Positions 1-8,555 of a stretch of DNA of 64,000 nt are shown piece after piece. The translations under genes and the position numbers were made by a program. Position 1 is the stretch's first letter; the number at the start of each line of letters is the position of its first letter. Below the pieces are notes generated by a model, which had not been told where the DNA came from, ran no database searches, and was given only the letters and a program-made list of their open reading frames with translations. The stretch lies in sequence record NC_041917.1. One strand, written 5' to 3'.

Positions 1-243
1 AACGATAAAGATGTAAAAAGTACCCGCAAAGAACTTATGTACAAAAACGAGCAGCTTGAGAATCTATTAGAGCTACGCCGCAAGGGTATTCTAACCCGTC
101 AGCAGTTCCGTCTATTGACCTTTGATAAAGGTCTACAGGGCAGCACCAAGGGTTCTCCACTAATCGAAGTGTTCGAGTTGGAGAAACAAGGAAAGGGTAA
201 ACCAGTCCTTGTCCAAAAAGTTCGTCAATGGACTCGCACTTAA
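1..243 (+). CDS. C-terminal fragment of an unknown protein, truncated by the window edge
   Basis: The frame of ORF 37..243 is open back to base 1 (NDKDVKSTRKELM...). Confidence 0.6.
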   Translation, partial: NDKDVKSTRKELMYKNEQLENLLELRRKGILTRQQFRLLTFDKGLQGSTKGSPLIEVFELEKQGKGKPVLVQKVRQWTRT

Positions 244-332
244 TTTCTGGCCTGTTTTGATATAAACAACATAAATAAGTTTACAATAATAAAAATATTT
301 TTGACTCCATGTTGTTTATATTACATTCTTTT

Positions 333-357
333 AAGGCCACGCAATGTGGCCTTTTTT
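333..357 (+). terminator. Intrinsic terminator
   Basis: AAGGCCAC-gcaat-GTGGCCTT followed by a T run. Confidence 0.75.
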
Positions 358-371
358 ATTGGAAAAATAAA

Positions 372-1097
372 ATGATTAACAAAGAAGAAGTAAGTAAAGC
401 AGCAAGAGAAATTGTTCATCACATTATTCTAGATAATATCTATGGATATTTCGAAGAATTAGGTACACCAAATATTGTTGTGTACGGTTCATTCATCGAA
501 ATGACTTCTGGTTTTGATGTGAAGCCAAATGATATTGATGTTACGATTGTACTTGATGGGGAGTTACCTGAACCACGTCATAAATCATTCTATTTAAACT
601 TTGTTGAACTACCCATTAATGTAGAGTATATGAGTCGTGAATCATTTCAAAAAGAATTGCATTCATTTCAACCAAAATACTTTATGTGCACAGCTACTCC
701 TGAACTAAGTGAAGAAATTGATTCTGTATGGAAGAATAAAGAAATTCACGAAGTACGTTCTGGTATAAGTTCAGTAACTTCCAAAGCCTTTGATAAAGGT
801 CGTAAAAAACTACTAGTTGAAGATGACTATGATGAAGTACTAGGATTAAAAAATATCTATCATGCGTTTAAGTTTCCAATTTATGCTAAATGGTATTTCT
901 ATCCAGAATTGGCTGAACGTGATTATATTACAGACATTCAGTACTTGAATGAGATTCATAAAGGAATTTATGAGGCTTACAATAATAGTACTGGCACATT
1001 AGAAGAACGTTGTGCGGCGGTTGTACAATTTGCTAAACCACATCATTTATCATTGATGACTGGCTTCCGCATACTATTTCCTAAAAAGGTAGAATAA
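372..1097 (+). CDS. Pol-beta-superfamily nucleotidyltransferase-like protein
   Basis: VVYGSF...NDIDVTIV (GS + DxD motif). Start moved to ATG 372. Confidence 0.55.
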   Translation: MINKEEVSKAAREIVHHIILDNIYGYFEELGTPNIVVYGSFIEMTSGFDVKPNDIDVTIVLDGELPEPRHKSFYLNFVELPINVEYMSRESFQKELHSFQPKYFMCTATPELSEEIDSVWKNKEIHEVRSGISSVTSKAFDKGRKKLLVEDDYDEVLGLKNIYHAFKFPIYAKWYFYPELAERDYITDIQYLNEIHKGIYEAYNNSTGTLEERCAAVVQFAKPHHLSLMTGFRILFPKKVE

Positions 1098-1309
1098 TGA
1101 TAGTGTTTATAATTATTGGAATGGTTTTATTATTTCTATTTGGCCTCGCTGCTATTATTGGAAGTGTTATTATTCCAATGTATGTATGTGCATGGACAGG
1201 AAAAGTATCAAAGGGTGAGATTGCAATCAGTATTATAATGTTTGTAATTGGTGCATTTTCATGGTACTATGTGTTTTCTCATATGAGTCTCAACATAGGT
1301 ATTAGTTAA
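1097..1309 (+). CDS. Small membrane protein
   Basis: 70 aa with two hydrophobic segments; translationally coupled. Confidence 0.7.
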   Translation: MIVFIIIGMVLLFLFGLAAIIGSVIIPMYVCAWTGKVSKGEIAISIIMFVIGAFSWYYVFSHMSLNIGIS

Positions 1310-1446
1310 TGGGTGAAATTATTTTTGCATTAATTGAATGTTTAGTTGAATTAATGTGTATGGGTGCAGCAGGATTTTGGATTGTTATGTGTATTTTAGC
1401 AATTGCTGCTGTTGCTGGTTTTGGTTATTGGGCATATATTTGTTAA
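1309..1446 (+). CDS. Small membrane protein (45 aa)
   Basis: TAATG overlap; MGEIIFALIECLVELMCMGAAGFWIVMCILAIAAVAGFGYWAYIC. Confidence 0.55.
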   Translation: MGEIIFALIECLVELMCMGAAGFWIVMCILAIAAVAGFGYWAYIC

Positions 1447-1523
1447 GGAATTAAAATGATATTACTTATAAAAGGGCGAATGACTTTCCGATTATGAATT
1501 TTTAATCATAATAAGGAGGACAT

Positions 1524-2066
1524 ATGTTCTTTAAGCAAAAATTTAAAATCTGCTATGATAATGGCAATTTCGTAGAAGTTGATGATTTATTAGGATATAT
1601 TGGTTACACTTACGGTGCAGCCGAAGCATTCTACCAAAGAATGAAATTCACTGTTAAAATTGATAAAAGTAGCTTCTGGTCATATTCTCATTCAAGTATG
1701 AATGATTTGGTTGAAACATTTTACTTATTCACTGAAAACAATATCATGATTTCTCCTGAATTGTTTAAAGGTGAGTACTTAAAATATCGTAATCTAGAAA
1801 CTCAAATTTGGCACAGAAATCGTTTATATTCAATGAAACAATGGCGTCATTTCAATTATCGTCGCAGTCATACGACTACCTATGATCGTCGTATGGAAAC
1901 TATCGCAGAACGCCGAGCTATTGCTGGTGTTGTGAAAGAAGAAGGTGAACCAGAATTTCGTGGTCGCCGCCGTTGTATTCCTAATCCGTGGGATGATATA
2001 ATGGCTCGTCGCAGTCTTTCTTGGAAAGATTGTACAAAAAGAAAACGTCAATATAAAGGAAGCTAA
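1524..2066 (+). CDS. Hypothetical protein, Arg-rich C-terminus
   Basis: AGGAGG RBS, 180-aa ORF. Confidence 0.75.
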   Translation: MFFKQKFKICYDNGNFVEVDDLLGYIGYTYGAAEAFYQRMKFTVKIDKSSFWSYSHSSMNDLVETFYLFTENNIMISPELFKGEYLKYRNLETQIWHRNRLYSMKQWRHFNYRRSHTTTYDRRMETIAERRAIAGVVKEEGEPEFRGRRRCIPNPWDDIMARRSLSWKDCTKRKRQYKGS

Positions 2067-2093
2067 ATGCTTCCTTTTTTCTTAGGAAAAATC

Positions 2094-2915
2094 ATGAACT
2101 CTGATGATCTATTACAAGCACGAACATTACTAAATGAACTTACTGTTGAAGGTCGAAGCTTTGCTGCAACTCGTTATATGTTTAGTAACGAACCGTCATA
2201 CCAAGATAACAAATATTCATCTGAATTAATTAACTGGATGAATATCAATAATCTAATAGTACTATCCAGTACTTACGATTTAGATTCCTACTATACTGTT
2301 GAAATTTTTTCAGTTACTGAATTAGGTACATGTATTTCATGGTTCCTTTCATTGACAGAATATTATAATGCAGGTGTAGATGGTGAAGATAATTTTAGAT
2401 CTGCGGGTCAAGCATTGTTTACTATTATGAATAAGTACAATGAAACTGAACTTGAACCATTGATTAGTATTATCACAGTTGAAGAACAAGAAGCGTATCA
2501 ACATTTTTACCGTACCCAAATTTGGGATGCAATTGGTAATCGCGGAACAACAACTCGTACTCGTGAAGAAGCATTACAAGCAATTGAAGTTTCGAAAGGT
2601 CTTCTACCTATGTTTGAAATGTCAGTACTTCTTGGTGCTCGTGGTACTGATCCTACCCGTACTAACAACTATGTATTCAAAAAATGTATGGAAGAATTGG
2701 GCGAAATGGCACTAGAAGATCAAATCGAAAATGGCCTTTCATATAAAGATGCTGGTTCTGATGGGGTTGCTGGAGAAGCGGTTGACCTTGCTATTTGTGC
2801 AATGGATATGTTTGCATTACAGCATGGTCATTTAAATCCTGAAGAAATTCAAGAGAGATTTATTGAGTATATGAATAAAAAATTAAACAAATGGAAAAGT
2901 ACTTTAGGGAAATAA
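2094..2915 (+). CDS. Protein with C-terminal MazG-like NTP pyrophosphohydrolase domain
   Basis: KCMEELGEMALE...AGEAVDLAICAMD (EExxE...ExxD). Confidence 0.6.
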   Translation: MNSDDLLQARTLLNELTVEGRSFAATRYMFSNEPSYQDNKYSSELINWMNINNLIVLSSTYDLDSYYTVEIFSVTELGTCISWFLSLTEYYNAGVDGEDNFRSAGQALFTIMNKYNETELEPLISIITVEEQEAYQHFYRTQIWDAIGNRGTTTRTREEALQAIEVSKGLLPMFEMSVLLGARGTDPTRTNNYVFKKCMEELGEMALEDQIENGLSYKDAGSDGVAGEAVDLAICAMDMFALQHGHLNPEEIQERFIEYMNKKLNKWKSTLGK

Positions 2916-2916
2916 T

Positions 2917-3531
2917 ATGACAGATCATGCAAAGACAAAAGCGTTATTGGACGTTCTTGCAGAAATGAATCAACAGGATGAAAAATGGGGTGCTGATAGA
3001 AATCAACATCCTTTTCTATGGCAAGTTATTTTAGGTGAAGAATTTGGTGAAGTTTGTCAAGCAATTTTGCATGATGAATTTGGTGGTTCTCATGCAGGTA
3101 CAGCACGTGAGGAATTAGTACAAGTCGCTGCTGTAGCCTTGCAATTTATTGAACAGTATGATAGACTAAACGCAGTTCAGAACGTAAATCGTGAACCAAA
3201 ATTGGTTATTCTTGAATCTCCATTTGCTGCCACCGATGAACACACTGTACAAGAAAATATTGAATATGCACGGAAATGTGTTAGACATTCTCTTTCGTTA
3301 GGTGAAGCACCAATTGCAAGCCACCTACTTTACACTCAAGATGGTATTTTGGATGATAATATTCCAGAAGAACGTCAATGGGGTATTGATGCTGGATTAG
3401 CATGGAAAGAAGTTGCACAATGTTCAGTTGTTTATATTGACCGTGGAATTAGTAAAGGTATGGAATATGGTATCAAGGCTGCTGAACAAGCAGGACTTAC
3501 TATTGAATATCGTAAAATTGAGGAAGAATAA
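2917..3531 (+). CDS. MazG-like domain fused to a nucleoside deoxyribosyltransferase-like domain
   Basis: ILGEEFGEVCQA...REELVQVAAVA, then VILESPFA...APIASHLLY...GISKGMEYGI. Confidence 0.6.
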   Translation: MTDHAKTKALLDVLAEMNQQDEKWGADRNQHPFLWQVILGEEFGEVCQAILHDEFGGSHAGTAREELVQVAAVALQFIEQYDRLNAVQNVNREPKLVILESPFAATDEHTVQENIEYARKCVRHSLSLGEAPIASHLLYTQDGILDDNIPEERQWGIDAGLAWKEVAQCSVVYIDRGISKGMEYGIKAAEQAGLTIEYRKIEEE

Positions 3532-3809
3532 TGAATATCCGTCCAGTATATAATCATATTATTGCAAAGAAATATGAAAATGAACCAAAAAGTGCAGGTG
3601 GTATTTTACTTACAGCTAGTGGAGAGGATGAATCAACTCATGCTGAAGTAATATCTATTGGCAGTGCTTATAAAGGTGATATTAAAGTTGGTGATATTGT
3701 TTCTTACCTTGATGATAAACGTGTTCATATTGAAAAAATTGAAAATGAATATCTATTAATAATGCCAGAAGATTGTGTTCTGGCGGTAATTGAAAAAGAA
3801 GGCGAATAA
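3531..3809 (+). CDS. groES: Co-chaperonin GroES
   Basis: MNIRPVYNHII...KSAGGILL...AEVISIG...IKVGDIV...CVLAVI. Confidence 0.9.
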   Translation: MNIRPVYNHIIAKKYENEPKSAGGILLTASGEDESTHAEVISIGSAYKGDIKVGDIVSYLDDKRVHIEKIENEYLLIMPEDCVLAVIEKEGE

Positions 3810-3810
3810 C

Positions 3811-5073
3811 ATGCATAAGGCGTTGGTAGAATTACAAGCTCGTGGTCTAATTAATCAAAGTACTGAACTTTCAGTATTATCTTCTCTACTTGAGAAGGGT
3901 TCTTCAGTGTATTGTGGATTTGATCCAACGGCTGACTCATTGCATATTGGTAGTCTTCTACCTCTCATGACTCTGAAAGTACTTAAAGAACACGGAGTTC
4001 ATGTTATTGCACTTGTTGGTGGGGCAACTGGTCGTATTGGCGATCCAAGCTTTAAAGCACAAGAACGGCAAATGCTAACTGAAGAAATGGTAGACCGAAA
4101 TATTGCGGGGATTACTTCTGTAATTCGCAAATTTCTTGGTTCAGATACATTAATTGTGAATAATCACGATTGGACAAAAGACATTTCAGTACTTGATTTC
4201 TTGCGAATATACGGTAAATGCTTTACTGTTAATAACATGATTTCTAAAGAAGCAGTTCGTTCTCGCATTGAACGACCAGATCAAGGAATTTCATTTACTG
4301 AATTTACATATCCAATTCTTCAAGGAATGGATTTTGAACATCTATTTAATATTGGATGTTCTATTCAAATTGGTGGTTCAGACCAATGGGGTAATATGAT
4401 TGCTGGAACTGACTTGATCCATAAGATGCACGGTAATGATGCTGAAGTGGGGGTTATCACTTTACCCCTACTATTAAAATCGGATGGTACTAAATTCGGT
4501 AAATCAGAATCGGGAACTGTATGGTTAAGTCCTAATCATACTTCTGCATATCACATGTATCAATTCTGGTTGAATGTTACTGATGATGAAATGATTACCA
4601 TGTACCAGTACTTTAAACCAATGTCATTTTCGGTCGATGTTGTAAAAACAGAAATGGAACAAAACGTAGTACTAATGAAGAAACAATTTGCTTATAGCAT
4701 GACTGCATTAGTTCATGGTACTGATAAAGCCGATCAAGCATATAAAGTTAGTCAATTCTTGTTCGGTGCAAAAATTGAACTTGATATTGAGTCAATTAAT
4801 ATGATGGTGGATTCTGGTATGGAATCGACTACAATTATTGAACCAATAGGATTGATTTCACTATTGGTCGAAACTGGTCTAGCATCGTCTAATAAAATGG
4901 CTCGTGAGTTCATTACTAATGGTGCCGCTAAGATTAATGGTCGCAAAATTAATGAGTTCTACGATCCAGTACAATATGAATTTACTGAAGATGTTGATAT
5001 ATATGACAACCGTTATTTTGTTCTACAACGTGGTCGTGATAATTTTGTAATTATTCGAAATGGGAGGATTTAA
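3811..5073 (+). CDS. tyrS: Tyrosyl-tRNA synthetase
   Basis: YCGFDPTADSLHIGS (HIGH), QIGGSDQWGN, KFGKS (KMSKS), C-terminal S4-like domain. Confidence 0.97.
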   Translation: MHKALVELQARGLINQSTELSVLSSLLEKGSSVYCGFDPTADSLHIGSLLPLMTLKVLKEHGVHVIALVGGATGRIGDPSFKAQERQMLTEEMVDRNIAGITSVIRKFLGSDTLIVNNHDWTKDISVLDFLRIYGKCFTVNNMISKEAVRSRIERPDQGISFTEFTYPILQGMDFEHLFNIGCSIQIGGSDQWGNMIAGTDLIHKMHGNDAEVGVITLPLLLKSDGTKFGKSESGTVWLSPNHTSAYHMYQFWLNVTDDEMITMYQYFKPMSFSVDVVKTEMEQNVVLMKKQFAYSMTALVHGTDKADQAYKVSQFLFGAKIELDIESINMMVDSGMESTTIIEPIGLISLLVETGLASSNKMAREFITNGAAKINGRKINEFYDPVQYEFTEDVDIYDNRYFVLQRGRDNFVIIRNGRI

Positions 5074-5075
5074 TA

Positions 5076-5540
5076 ATGTCACAAACATACACAGCGGTAC
5101 TGTACCGTTATAACCACTCAGATTACTGTCGTGGTTGTTTAATGGGTTCATCTGATTCTGATTTGAAAATTTATACTGGAACTTCACAGCAAGATATTAT
5201 TGATATGATTTTACCAGTACTTGTTGAATCTAAATTAAATTCTGATAAGCATTATGAATATGCTGAATATGAACCAATTATTTTCTTTAACGGCATTACT
5301 GATGGTTATAGTGGATACGAAGAAAATTCAGCATTTGTGAATACTTTTGCACAACAATACTTAAATGAAGTACGGGGAATGCTAGATACTCAACTTACAC
5401 AGGCAATTACTGAAGCTCGTAAAGAAGTTAAAATACAAGAAGAACGTAAAGCTCGTGAAAATGCAGAATTAAATCGTCAACGTGCTGAAGAAGAAGAAAG
5501 AGCAGAATTTGAACGTTTGAAATCTAAATTTGGTGAATAA
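5076..5540 (+). CDS. Hypothetical protein with coiled-coil C-terminus
   Basis: 154-aa ORF in operon context. Confidence 0.7.
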   Translation: MSQTYTAVLYRYNHSDYCRGCLMGSSDSDLKIYTGTSQQDIIDMILPVLVESKLNSDKHYEYAEYEPIIFFNGITDGYSGYEENSAFVNTFAQQYLNEVRGMLDTQLTQAITEARKEVKIQEERKARENAELNRQRAEEEERAEFERLKSKFGE

Positions 5541-5789
5541 ATGAAAATATTTCTTGCAATTGTTGCCATGTTTATGTTATCATCTTGCCGAGTTGAATCA
5601 GATTCAACCAGTTCACCTGTATTTTCAGGAATTGTAAAACAAGATCCTCGCATTGTCACGGCAGATTTTGAAATGGACAATAATAAGTATCATTGTTTTA
5701 GTTTCGATCCCACTAAAGACAATTTAATTTTTATGTGTAAGAAGGTTAAAAATGAAGAAAATTCTTCTAGCTCTACTAGTACTAACTAG
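5541..5789 (+). CDS. Small putative lipoprotein
   Basis: Signal peptide with lipobox-like LSSC. Confidence 0.6.
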   Translation: MKIFLAIVAMFMLSSCRVESDSTSSPVFSGIVKQDPRIVTADFEMDNNKYHCFSFDPTKDNLIFMCKKVKNEENSSSSTSTN

Positions 5790-5940
5790 TACTGCATGTA
5801 CCAGTGTAAGTAATGGTTCATACGAAACGTATAGTCCATTTAATACTGATGCTGGTTATAATTGTGCAGTTGAAAGTTCAGACATATATCTCATTAATGG
5901 TGTACCATCTTTGAAATATATTTGTAATAAGGTAAAATAA
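5752..5940 (+). CDS. Small putative lipoprotein
   Basis: MKKILLALLVLTSTAC signal peptide and lipobox. Confidence 0.6.
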   Translation: MKKILLALLVLTSTACTSVSNGSYETYSPFNTDAGYNCAVESSDIYLINGVPSLKYICNKVK

Positions 5941-6470
5941 TGGAAATAACACGTTCATGGGCGATGCCGAATAAGAATACTTTTTCGATTAAGCCTATAA
6001 GGGATTTTATTGAACGCGAACTATCGAAAGCAGAGTTGATTGAAGGTGCAGTACTTGTTGATGCGTTTGCTAACAATAGCGTCTTCAATCCTCGCTTAAC
6101 ATATACAAATGATTTAGATCCTGATATGCCAACAACACATCATATGGATGCGTTGGAGTTTCTTAAATCGTTAGAAACAGGTTCAGTAGATTTTCTACTA
6201 TTCGACCCACCATATAGTCCACGACAAGTTTCAGAATGTTATAAAAGTTTAGAAATGACTGTTAACATGCAAACTACACAATCAAGCTTTTGGGGTAATC
6301 TAAAGAAAGAGATTGCAAGAGTTATGAAAAGTGGTGGTGTAGTAATGACATTTGGTTGGAATAGTGGCGGTATTGGAAAAACTGCTGGATTTGAAATTGA
6401 TGAAATCCTTTTAGTTGCACATGGTGGTTGGCATAATGATACCATCATAACTAAAGAAATTAAAAAATAA
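5940..6470 (+). CDS. Small DNA adenine methyltransferase-like protein
   Basis: VDAFANNS and FLLFDPPYS motifs. Confidence 0.75.
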   Translation: MEITRSWAMPNKNTFSIKPIRDFIERELSKAELIEGAVLVDAFANNSVFNPRLTYTNDLDPDMPTTHHMDALEFLKSLETGSVDFLLFDPPYSPRQVSECYKSLEMTVNMQTTQSSFWGNLKKEIARVMKSGGVVMTFGWNSGGIGKTAGFEIDEILLVAHGGWHNDTIITKEIKK

Positions 6471-6477
6471 GAATTGA

Positions 6478-6594
6478 GAAATACAAAGCCGTGCCTCTGG
6501 CAAAATCCAGTATAAGTCCGTTTACGCTTCATCGCAAGTACTGAGAGAATATTCCTACTCGTTAGCACTACCAACTCTTGGGGCGTTGTATTTC
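6478..6594 (+). ncRNA. Candidate 117-nt structured RNA (unassigned)
   Basis: Terminal helix GAAATACAA-a-GCC / GGC-g-TTGTATTTC enclosing GTGC/GCAC, CTGG/CCAG and CCAA/TTGG helices; intergenic. Confidence 0.55.
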
Positions 6595-6622
6595 TTTTAA
6601 GTTAACTATAGAGAGACAAAAA

Positions 6623-7258
6623 ATGAATATATGTGAAAAATACTGGTGGATTTCACATCACCCAAAAATTGTTGATTTCGCTGATTCAGCAATTATCGAA
6701 GTTACTCCACACATGGTTTGTCCAGAAACAAATCAAATTGAAAATTTATCAATTTTGAATACAAAGTTGCAGTTTTGGGTCGAATTCATGACTCCACATT
6801 TCGATGAACAATTTAAAATTCACGGTCATGCACATGATTGGGAATTAGATTGTGGTGGTGATACATGGGAAGAAGCAATCGAAGCCTTGTACCAAGGAGT
6901 ACTTGCAAAGTATGGTGATTATACACAAGAAGACTTGGACAAGCAACGAGAAGAAGCAATGAAGGATTTTGATGCTGATAAATTCTTTGCTAACGCTACC
7001 GTATTGAAAACTGAACCAGAAGAACGAAAACCATTAGAAGATTATGAAATCGATGCATTTAAACGTGACATTGAACATATTAAAAAATTACTACCAGTAC
7101 TATCAAATAAACTTAAAGATGCTAACTTAACAATGCAAGAATATGCAGATGTTGAATTGGAAATTATCTGTGCTGACCGTGATTTGTACGTTGCAACAAA
7201 ATCATTGGAATGTGGTTACGATGTTGAAGTATATGGTATTACGGATGAAAATAACTAA
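6623..7258 (+). CDS. Hypothetical protein
   Basis: ORF with start moved to ATG 6623 behind GAGAG. Confidence 0.7.
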   Translation: MNICEKYWWISHHPKIVDFADSAIIEVTPHMVCPETNQIENLSILNTKLQFWVEFMTPHFDEQFKIHGHAHDWELDCGGDTWEEAIEALYQGVLAKYGDYTQEDLDKQREEAMKDFDADKFFANATVLKTEPEERKPLEDYEIDAFKRDIEHIKKLLPVLSNKLKDANLTMQEYADVELEIICADRDLYVATKSLECGYDVEVYGITDENN

Positions 7259-7610
7259 ATTGGTTGGTATATTGAAAGATATGCCACAAAAAAAGAAATC
7301 CAGTTCTACACGTAAACGTTATACAATTATTGCGTGTGCACTAGATAAAAAAGGGCGAGTACTATCTATGAGGACAAATGATTATAATTGTTCTCACCCA
7401 TTACAAAAGTACTTTGCAGAGCAAGTAGGAAAACCAGAAGCAATATTTCTTCATGCTGAAGTCGCAACATTAATAGCAGCCCGAAAAGAAGTTCATAAAT
7501 TGCTTATTGCACGAATAGATGTGAAAGGTAACCCATTACCTGCGAAACCATGTCCAATCTGCGAAAAAGCAATTGCAGCATTTGGGGTAAAGGAAATTGA
7601 GTACACATAA
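7245..7610 (+). CDS. Zinc-dependent cytidine/dCMP deaminase-family protein
   Basis: FLHAEVATL...AKPCPIC (HxE...PCxxC). Confidence 0.8.
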   Translation: MKITKLVGILKDMPQKKKSSSTRKRYTIIACALDKKGRVLSMRTNDYNCSHPLQKYFAEQVGKPEAIFLHAEVATLIAARKEVHKLLIARIDVKGNPLPAKPCPICEKAIAAFGVKEIEYT

Positions 7611-7842
7611 ACATTTAGATGAAATAATTCAACTATTAACGGATGAATCAGATACTTATATTAGTACTGTTAAGTTTTTACATTCGATGATGATTGAAGC
7701 TAAAGAAGCTGGTACATATAACAGAAAGGATTTTAGTGCTGCATTATTAGTGCATAATTGCTTACGTAATAAGTACAAGCAAGATTTTAACGGCGAATTA
7801 CTTTCTTGGTATCGTCGTTTTATAGGACTATACGACAACTAA
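7597..7842 (+). CDS. Hypothetical protein
   Basis: TTG start behind AAGGA. Confidence 0.55.
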   Translation: MSTHKHLDEIIQLLTDESDTYISTVKFLHSMMIEAKEAGTYNRKDFSAALLVHNCLRNKYKQDFNGELLSWYRRFIGLYDN

Positions 7843-7852
7843 TAGGGAACAT

Positions 7853-8407
7853 ATGAAAAATACAATCATTGTGAACTTAGTTGGTGGACCATGTTGCGGT
7901 AAGAGTACTACCGCAGCAGGACTATTCGCTAAGATGAAATTACATACTAAGCAACAAGTTGAAATCGTAACAGAAGTCATTAAAGATTATGTATACGATG
8001 AAAATAAAATGGCTATGCAAGATCAAGTACTAATTACTGCAAACCAAAATCACCGCCTATTCCGGTTAAAAGGAAAGGTGGATTTTGTCGTTTCTGATGC
8101 TTCCCTTTTGAACGGAATTGTATATAATGAGTTTTATCATGACATGGAAAATATCAGTTCAAGAGTAGCATTTCAATTGTACGAACAGTACGAGAATATA
8201 GTATTTTTGCTTCCACGTAAACCAGAATACGATCAGTATGGTCGTACACAAACACTTGAAGAAGCAAAAGAACTTGACCGTTTATTTGTTGAAAATTTAG
8301 AACATTTACGTATTCCATATATTGATATGCGTGAATACACACATGAAGAAATGCCTGATCGTATTCTTGATGTTCTAAGCAATCGTTTTGGATTTGACGT
8401 TCATTAA
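7853..8407 (+). CDS. NadR-like AAA_28 P-loop ATPase/kinase
   Basis: GGPCCGKST Walker A; VVSDASLL; GRTQTLEEAKELD. Confidence 0.7.
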   Translation: MKNTIIVNLVGGPCCGKSTTAAGLFAKMKLHTKQQVEIVTEVIKDYVYDENKMAMQDQVLITANQNHRLFRLKGKVDFVVSDASLLNGIVYNEFYHDMENISSRVAFQLYEQYENIVFLLPRKPEYDQYGRTQTLEEAKELDRLFVENLEHLRIPYIDMREYTHEEMPDRILDVLSNRFGFDVH

Positions 8408-8465
8408 AAATTATATTTTATCAACTTTTTTATATTGGGTAAACGTTGACCTAAGTATTAAAAAC

Positions 8466-8508
8466 TTGATCTAGATCAAAGATAATACCCCTTCATATGG
8501 GGTATTAT
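8466..8508 (+). promoter_or_regulatory. FNR box (TTGAT-CTAG-ATCAA) plus -10 TATTAT: class II FNR-type promoter for nrdD
   Basis: Exact TTGAT-N4-ATCAA at 8466-8479; TATTAT at 8503-8508, placing the box centre near -41.5/-42.5. Confidence 0.75.
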
Positions 8509-8555
8509 ATATTTTAAGTGCGTAAATAATTCACCTTAACAGACACGGAGCGTCA

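Noticed and set aside
6540-6565. CTGAGAG as a possible hammerhead core
   Set aside because: Does not match CUGANGA and there is no correctly placed GAAA/UH.
8500-8520. Possible NrdR box upstream of nrdD
   Set aside because: Match to the NrdR consensus was too weak to call by eye.
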